Assembly: GCA_002773495.1 (NCBI GenBank) | Contig: PFAX01000037.1 | Location: forward strand, 1 to 39,300 | Reading direction: 5' to 3' | Length of the DNA stretch: 39,300 nt | DNA from: a bacterium (Candidatus Gribaldobacteria) CG10_big_fil_rev_8_21_14_0_10_37_21 | Lineage (GTDB): Bacteria > Patescibacteriota > Minisyncoccia > Minisyncoccales > CG1-02-41-26 | Shown here: one piece after another, positions 34,422 to 39,300 of the stretch | Numbering within the stretch: position 1 is the first letter of the stretch | How the letters are laid out: each line of letters begins with the position of its first letter | Translations under genes and position numbers: made by a program | Notes under the pieces: generated by a model | What the model saw: the letters and a program-made list of their open reading frames with translations, nothing else | Database searches by the model: none | Told to the model about the DNA's origin: nothing

Positions 34422-35378
34422 ATGACAACCCAAGATATTTTTAATTTAGCTCTTAAAATGGCAATGAAAGCTGATTTAAGGGGTGAGGCCTCTCTGAAAA
34501 AACTTTTAGAGAGAAAAAAAGCAAGGTATGAAAAACTTGACTCAAAAGCCAAAGAAGATTTTGATTTAGAGGCGTTAGATAATCCCTATCTTGATTCAAG
34601 GGTGTTGTTCCTTAATCAGGGGGCAGAAAATAAAGAAATTAAAAAAGTGATGTTAGGCATTGACATCACCCCATCTGAACTTTTGATTGCCAAGCAAATT
34701 GTCGCAGCTGACTTGGTTATATCTCACCACCCCTTAGGCAAGGGATTGGCTAACTTAGCTGATGTAATGCATTTGCAGGCCGAGGTGCTGGCCTTATATG
34801 GGGTGCCTATCAACATTGCTGAAGGTCTGATGAAAGAAAGAATTTCAGAGGTTTCAAGGGGGGTTAATTCAGCCAATCATCAAAGAACAGTTGATGCAGC
34901 TAAATTACTGAAGATAAATCTAATTTGTTTGCATACGGTTTTAGATAATTTGGCCGCGCGATTTTTAAAAGAAAAGATTGAAGCTGAAAAAGACATTGAA
35001 ACCGTAGGAGAATTAGTTTCTTTTTTAAATGAAATTCCTGAATACAAAGAGGCCAACAAAATTGGCGCTGGTCCTAAAGTATTTGCTGGCTCTGAAGAAA
35101 GAAAAACAGGCAAGATAGCGATAACTGAAATAACCGGTGGCACCGAAGGAAGTTCTAAATTATATGAAAAAATGGCTCAAGCAGGCATTGGCACTGTTAT
35201 TGGTATGCACCAATCAGAAGAGCATAGAAAAGAGGCCGAAAAAGCCAATGTCAATGTGGTTATCGCTGGGCATATGTCTTCTGACTCGATTGGTTGCAAT
35301 TTATTTTTAGATAAATTAGAAAAACAGGGCTTAGAGATTATCCCTTGCTCTGGTTTAATAAGATTTTCAAGAAATTAA
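34422..35378 (+). CDS. NIF3/DUF34-family dinuclear-metal protein
   Basis: LVISHHPL and AGHMSSD metal-ligand motifs; 318 aa. Confidence 0.65.
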   Translation: MTTQDIFNLALKMAMKADLRGEASLKKLLERKKARYEKLDSKAKEDFDLEALDNPYLDSRVLFLNQGAENKEIKKVMLGIDITPSELLIAKQIVAADLVISHHPLGKGLANLADVMHLQAEVLALYGVPINIAEGLMKERISEVSRGVNSANHQRTVDAAKLLKINLICLHTVLDNLAARFLKEKIEAEKDIETVGELVSFLNEIPEYKEANKIGAGPKVFAGSEERKTGKIAITEITGGTEGSSKLYEKMAQAGIGTVIGMHQSEEHRKEAEKANVNVVIAGHMSSDSIGCNLFLDKLEKQGLEIIPCSGLIRFSRN

Positions 35379-35382
35379 ATCA

Positions 35383-36792
35383 ATGCTGTTTTTTACAAAG
35401 AAAAAACTTATTTTAGTTTTTAGTTTTTTAGTTCTGCTTTTAGCAGGGCTATCTTTTTCTTATTTTTTAGTTAAAGGACAAGGTAATTTTTTAAAGAAAA
35501 CAACTAAAAATGTTTTAGATCTTTCTTTTTTAGCTGATTTAGCCCTTGAACACAAAGCCCAAGAACAAAAGAATGATTTTTCAGAAAAAAGAACTATTTT
35601 GCCTGACTTCTCCTCTTTTAGAAATGTTTTACAAGAAAATAAAGCGGATTTTATAGAAGCGAACTTAGAAGAGATGAAAATAACCCTTTATCAAAAGGGC
35701 GAAAAGCAACAAGAGGCCAATATTTTAAAAAGAGGTGATGAGTATGCTTGGGGAGGCACGGCCGCTGGTATCTATCAGATTAGCTCTGGCTATCAAACCG
35801 CTTTTTCAGCTATAGCTGAGGTTTATATGCCTTATGCGATGAATTTTTATGGCAAATACTATCTCCATGGCGGACCCTATTATCCGTCAGGGGCTAAAAT
35901 GATCTCCGAGGCATCAGGCGGTTGTTTGCAGGTTAAAGACGACATCGCCAAAGAATTCTTTGAAAAAGCTGAATTAAAAATGCCTTTTTTAGTGATTGAC
36001 AAAAAAAATGATAATTTTGTTTACCCTAAAACAGAAATTGTTGTGCCAACGATTACTTCAGGCAGTTTTTTAGTTGCTGACCTTGATTCAGGAGAAATAT
36101 TTGCAGAGCAAAGTTCCCAAGAGCGAAAGCAAATTGCCTCAATTACAAAATTAATGACAGCTATTGTTGTCTCAGAAAATATTGATTTAAGAAAAGAAAT
36201 AGTTGTTCAGGACTATATGCTCAACCAGGGCTTTGGGGAAACCGAATCAATTAAAGTAGGCGATTATTTAGATGTGGTTGACCTTTTTTATCCCCTTTTA
36301 ATTGAATCGTCTAACGACTCAGCTGAAGTTTTAGCTGGCTTTTTAGGCAGAAACAGAACAATTAATCTTATGAATGAAAAAACCAAGGCGATTTTGATGC
36401 CAAACACTATTTTTGCTTGCCCTTCGGGATATTCAGAAGGAAATATTTCAACTGCTCGCGACTTGTTTTATTTAGCGAGGTATGTTTTAAAAAATAGGCC
36501 ACTTTTATTTGATATTTCTAAAAGCAAAGAGGTGCCCGGTTTTGGGAAAATGAGTTTTGACACAAGCATGTTTTGGAATAAGAATGTTTTTTCAGAGGAC
36601 GAGACCTTTGTTGGCGGTAAAACCGGCTATATTAAGACCTCAGGTTACAACGGTTTGTTTGTTTTTAGGTTCACCACAAAAGAAGGCGAAGAGAGAAACA
36701 TCGTTTTTATTTTACTTGGCACGCCCCATTTAGATGAGGTAAAATTCAATACACAGAAGCTGTATATTTGGTTGCAAAACAATTTCTTTTGA
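35383..36792 (+). CDS. Membrane-anchored fusion of an L,D-transpeptidase (YkuD) domain and a D-Ala-D-Ala carboxypeptidase (peptidase S11) domain
   Basis: N-terminal TM segment. YkuD-like YYLHGGPYYPSG...SGGCLQV (HG...SxGC). S11 motifs ASITKLMT (SxxK), ESSNDSAE (SxN) and GGKTGYI (KTG). Confidence 0.75.
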   Translation: MLFFTKKKLILVFSFLVLLLAGLSFSYFLVKGQGNFLKKTTKNVLDLSFLADLALEHKAQEQKNDFSEKRTILPDFSSFRNVLQENKADFIEANLEEMKITLYQKGEKQQEANILKRGDEYAWGGTAAGIYQISSGYQTAFSAIAEVYMPYAMNFYGKYYLHGGPYYPSGAKMISEASGGCLQVKDDIAKEFFEKAELKMPFLVIDKKNDNFVYPKTEIVVPTITSGSFLVADLDSGEIFAEQSSQERKQIASITKLMTAIVVSENIDLRKEIVVQDYMLNQGFGETESIKVGDYLDVVDLFYPLLIESSNDSAEVLAGFLGRNRTINLMNEKTKAILMPNTIFACPSGYSEGNISTARDLFYLARYVLKNRPLLFDISKSKEVPGFGKMSFDTSMFWNKNVFSEDETFVGGKTGYIKTSGYNGLFVFRFTTKEGEERNIVFILLGTPHLDEVKFNTQKLYIWLQNNFF

Positions 36793-36828
36793 AAGGAGAC
36801 ACAAAATGGACCCCCTTTTCTTTATCAC

Positions 36829-38454
36829 TTAATCACTTAAATACTTTAGCATGTAAGTGTCTTTTAAATGATAGCCAAGCTTTCTATAATAACCCCTCAC
36901 GCCAACCCCAGCTATGACAGCTATTTTTTTAAAGTCAGCATCGAGGGCTATTTTTTCCGCTTCTTGCATTAGCTTTTTACCCAAACCCTTGTGTTGAGCA
37001 AAAGCTCCAGTGGGCAGACCACTGGAAACTTCAGCCATTTGCCCATAAGTGTGGATTTCCCTAATTATCGCTCCTTCATTTTTCAAAGGTAATCTTAACC
37101 TTAACAAAGCATAAAGTTTTTCCCTGTTTTTTGTTTCAAAACTTAAAAAGAATTCTTTTCCCTCTGAAGCTAAGTATTCTTCTTTGAAAAGATAGAGCTT
37201 ATCTTTAGGGTTATAGTTTGTCCCTACTTCTCTACAACGAATACACTTACACTTCGTGCCCTCTCTTTTTAGCCCTTCTTGAACTAATTCTCTTAAATTA
37301 GAAATTTGCGCTCCGCCTTCCACTATATATTTTTTTGGAATGTCTCGGATAACCCTTTCAATTCTTACCCATAAGGGTGTTTCTTTTTTTAGGGCAATCA
37401 AAAGTTTTAAAAGTTGTTTTTCGGTATAGGGTTTAAACTTGCCTTTTTGATAAAGCTGATAAACCCCCGTATTTTTCAGCAGAGCTAAAGGATAGATTTT
37501 TATTAAATCAGGCCTAAATCTTTGGTCTTGAAAAACTGATTTGAATGATTCAAGATCTTTTTTAAGAGAACTTCCCGGTAAATTAGGCATTAACTGATAA
37601 GATACCTTAAAGCCCGCTTCTTTTAGAAGTAAAGTCGCTTTAGCGATATCAGCCACGCTATGCCCCCTTTGATTTGTTTGGAGGATATCATTAAAAACAT
37701 TTTGAACACCTAATTCCACCCGAGTTATGCCCAGTTCTCGCATTTTTTGAATGGCTTTTTCGTCTATACAATCAGGCCTTGTTTCAATCGTAATCCCAAT
37801 AATCCTCGCCTTGGCTGTCTCGTTCTTTTTCTGCTCCCTTTTGAGCATTTGGATTTTGTTATTTGGGATTTGTTTAGAATTTAGAACTTTGGATTTAGAA
37901 TTTTTGGCTTTAGTAAAGTTATTGCACGCCCTAAAGCACTCTTTTATAAACCATTTTCTATATGCTAAAGGGTAATAATGCCAAGTGCCACCGATTATTC
38001 TTAACTCTATTTTATCTATAGGGTGGCCGGTTAATTCTAAAGACAAAAGCCGGGTTATCACCTGTTTTTTTGGCGAAAACTTAGTTAAAATAGCTCTTTG
38101 ACAAGCTGGCTCTTCTTTTAAATAACTTTTTGGTAAGTCCTTCTGGGAAGGGCAAAAAAGGCATTTGCCTTTACAGGGCCACGGCTTAGTTAAAATAGAG
38201 ACATTAACAATCCCGGAAAGGGAGCGAACTGGCCTTGTTTTTAAGGCCTGTTCTAAACCCTTATTTTGTTTTATCCTTTTTTCTTGTAAGAGTTTATGAT
38301 AAGCTTTTAATAAGGCAATGTTTTTGGGGCAAGTAATCCCATATTTTTTAGCCATTTTCCTTTTAAAAGAGTTTAAAACAAAGCTGTTTTGGAAACCGCC
38401 TTTTAAAAGTTCAAGAATTATTTTTTCTAAATTATTTTTTATTTCAAACTTCAT
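36829..38454 (-). CDS. elp3: Elp3-type radical-SAM / GNAT tRNA uridine-34 modification enzyme (bacterial Elp3 homologue)
   Basis: Radical-SAM cluster CKGKCLFCP. Elp3-collinear blocks IELRIIGGTW, IGITIETRPD, TRVELGVQN, KVSYQLMPNLPGS, IKIYP, RIERVIRDIP and IREIHTYG. GNAT acetyl-CoA motif QHKGLGKKLM. I prefer the ATG at 38452-38454 to the TTG at 38463 used by the track. Confidence 0.85.
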   Translation of the reverse strand: MKFEIKNNLEKIILELLKGGFQNSFVLNSFKRKMAKKYGITCPKNIALLKAYHKLLQEKRIKQNKGLEQALKTRPVRSLSGIVNVSILTKPWPCKGKCLFCPSQKDLPKSYLKEEPACQRAILTKFSPKKQVITRLLSLELTGHPIDKIELRIIGGTWHYYPLAYRKWFIKECFRACNNFTKAKNSKSKVLNSKQIPNNKIQMLKREQKKNETAKARIIGITIETRPDCIDEKAIQKMRELGITRVELGVQNVFNDILQTNQRGHSVADIAKATLLLKEAGFKVSYQLMPNLPGSSLKKDLESFKSVFQDQRFRPDLIKIYPLALLKNTGVYQLYQKGKFKPYTEKQLLKLLIALKKETPLWVRIERVIRDIPKKYIVEGGAQISNLRELVQEGLKREGTKCKCIRCREVGTNYNPKDKLYLFKEEYLASEGKEFFLSFETKNREKLYALLRLRLPLKNEGAIIREIHTYGQMAEVSSGLPTGAFAQHKGLGKKLMQEAEKIALDADFKKIAVIAGVGVRGYYRKLGYHLKDTYMLKYLSD

Positions 38455-39159
38455 ATGAAACAAGCTTTAGCTGAAAAATTATTAAAACAAACAAGAGAAA
38501 CCTATAATACGATTGCTTATAACTTTTCTAACACAAGAAATCAAATTTGGCAAGACCTTTTGCCTTTATTAGATTATAGCAGAAAAGGTGATAAAGTGCT
38601 TGATTTAGGTTGTGGCAATGGTCGCCTCTTTGCAGCCTTAAAAGGAAAACAAGTTGAATATACTGGTTGTGATAATTCAAAAGAGCTTATCAAGATAGCC
38701 AAACAAAAATACCCAGAATTAAATTTTAAACTAACTGATGGCCTTGTTTTGCCCTTCAAAGATAAGACCTTTGACCTTATTTATTGTATTGCTGTTTTGC
38801 ACCATATCCCTTCAAAAGCGTTAAGGATTAGCTTCTTAAAAGAAGCCAAAAGAGTCTTACATCCTAACGGCTTGTTGATAGCAACTGTCTGGAAATTATC
38901 TTTAAAAGCAAGAAAAGAAGCTTTTCTTTGGTTTTTTCAAAGAGTTTTAGGTAAAACCCCTCTTGATTTGAATGATTGTTTTGTTTCTTGGCAGAACAAA
39001 CAGCAACGTTATGTCCACAACTTCAGCAAGCGAGAGCTGAAAACGCTCTTTAAAGGTGCTGGCTTTAAAGTTAAAGAAGTTAAGGTACTTGCCAAAGAAA
39101 AAGGCAAGAATGGCAAACAAAATTATAACCTAAGCATTATTGCTTTAAAAGAAAAATAG
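38455..39159 (+). CDS. Trm9/ALKBH8-like class I SAM-dependent methyltransferase
   Basis: Collinear with yeast Trm9 blocks as I recall them: TYNTIAYNFSNTR..W (VYNEIAPHFSQTR..W), VLDLGCGNGR (motif I), TDGLVLPFKDKTFDLIYCIAVLHHIPS, LIATVW, DCFVSW, RYVHNFSKREL. Confidence 0.75.
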   Translation: MKQALAEKLLKQTRETYNTIAYNFSNTRNQIWQDLLPLLDYSRKGDKVLDLGCGNGRLFAALKGKQVEYTGCDNSKELIKIAKQKYPELNFKLTDGLVLPFKDKTFDLIYCIAVLHHIPSKALRISFLKEAKRVLHPNGLLIATVWKLSLKARKEAFLWFFQRVLGKTPLDLNDCFVSWQNKQQRYVHNFSKRELKTLFKGAGFKVKEVKVLAKEKGKNGKQNYNLSIIALKEK

Positions 39160-39230
39160 CTTCCATAGCTCAACGGACAGAGTAATGGCTTCCGGAGCCA
39201 TCGATACAGGTTCGAACCCTGTTGGAAGCA
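39159..39230 (+). tRNA. tRNA-Arg (anticodon CCG); CCA not encoded
   Basis: Acceptor stem GCTTCCA/TGGAAGC, D-arm GCTC-AACGGACA-GAGT, anticodon arm ATGGC-TTCCGGA-GCCAT (CCG), T-arm ACAGG-TTCGAAC-CCTGT, discriminator A. It starts on the last base of the upstream stop codon. Confidence 0.85.
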
Positions 39231-39300
39231 CAAGCATAGATGATAGAATACATATTGTGATTTTTTACAAAAAGATAATTAAAGAATTTTTACAAGATTT

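Noticed and set aside
37845-37915. Repetitive TTTAGAA/GGATTT-rich stretch inside elp3 (encodes KNSKSKVLNSKQIPNNKIQ)
   Set aside because: It is imperfect low-complexity sequence in a variable Lys/Asn/Ser loop of an AT-rich gene. There is no defined unit or copy structure, unlike the exact heptamer repeat in tsaE.
1-39300. Prophage, IS element, integron or integrase signatures
   Set aside because: No transposase, integrase, recombinase or phage structural motifs were recognised in any frame. The only mobile-type entities supported are the intein and the small palindromic repeats.

Overview
AT-rich, gene-dense bacterial chromosome segment spanning the replication-origin neighbourhood: rpmH-rnpA-yidD-yidC-jag on the minus strand, diverging from dnaA-dnaN on the plus strand. 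Small compact genes, a T4SS-pilin-type fusion protein, a lamin-tail-domain protein and a domain-reduced PolA suggest a Patescibacteria/CPR-like organism (inference only). The standard genetic code fits, since all conserved genes are intact under code 11 except uvrB. Housekeeping genes: PBP1A, ruvC, yebC, ruvB, ruvA, a pilB-like ATPase, tsaE, polA, a histidine kinase with a receiver-only regulator, mutM, holA, rpsT, a Mur ligase, a NIF3 protein, an L,D-transpeptidase/S11 carboxypeptidase fusion, and tRNA-Arg(CCG). Main non-routine content: (1) a minimal T4SS-like module (PrgI/VirB3-like, a 212-aa protein, VirB4-like ATPase, giant pilin-domain protein) whose VirB4 P-loop is split by a 589-aa LAGLIDADG intein; (2) a divergent bacterial Elp3 / Trm9-like methyltransferase pair next to a tRNA gene, pointing to a eukaryote/archaea-style (m)cm5U34 wobble pathway; (3) uvrB carrying three independent lesions, one of them a GC-rich palindromic element that also occurs twice in the yidD-yidC-jag operon; (4) an R-M island beside an orphan promoter-to-terminator structured small RNA and five GGTAGGACA boxes that overlap the ruvB promoter; (5) a promoter / 45-aa poly-Asp/Glu ORF / perfect 20-bp hairpin unit directly upstream of PBP1A, which looks like a leader-peptide attenuator. 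I saw no CRISPR array, rRNA, transposase or integrase. All homology statements rest on motif recognition by eye, not on database searches.
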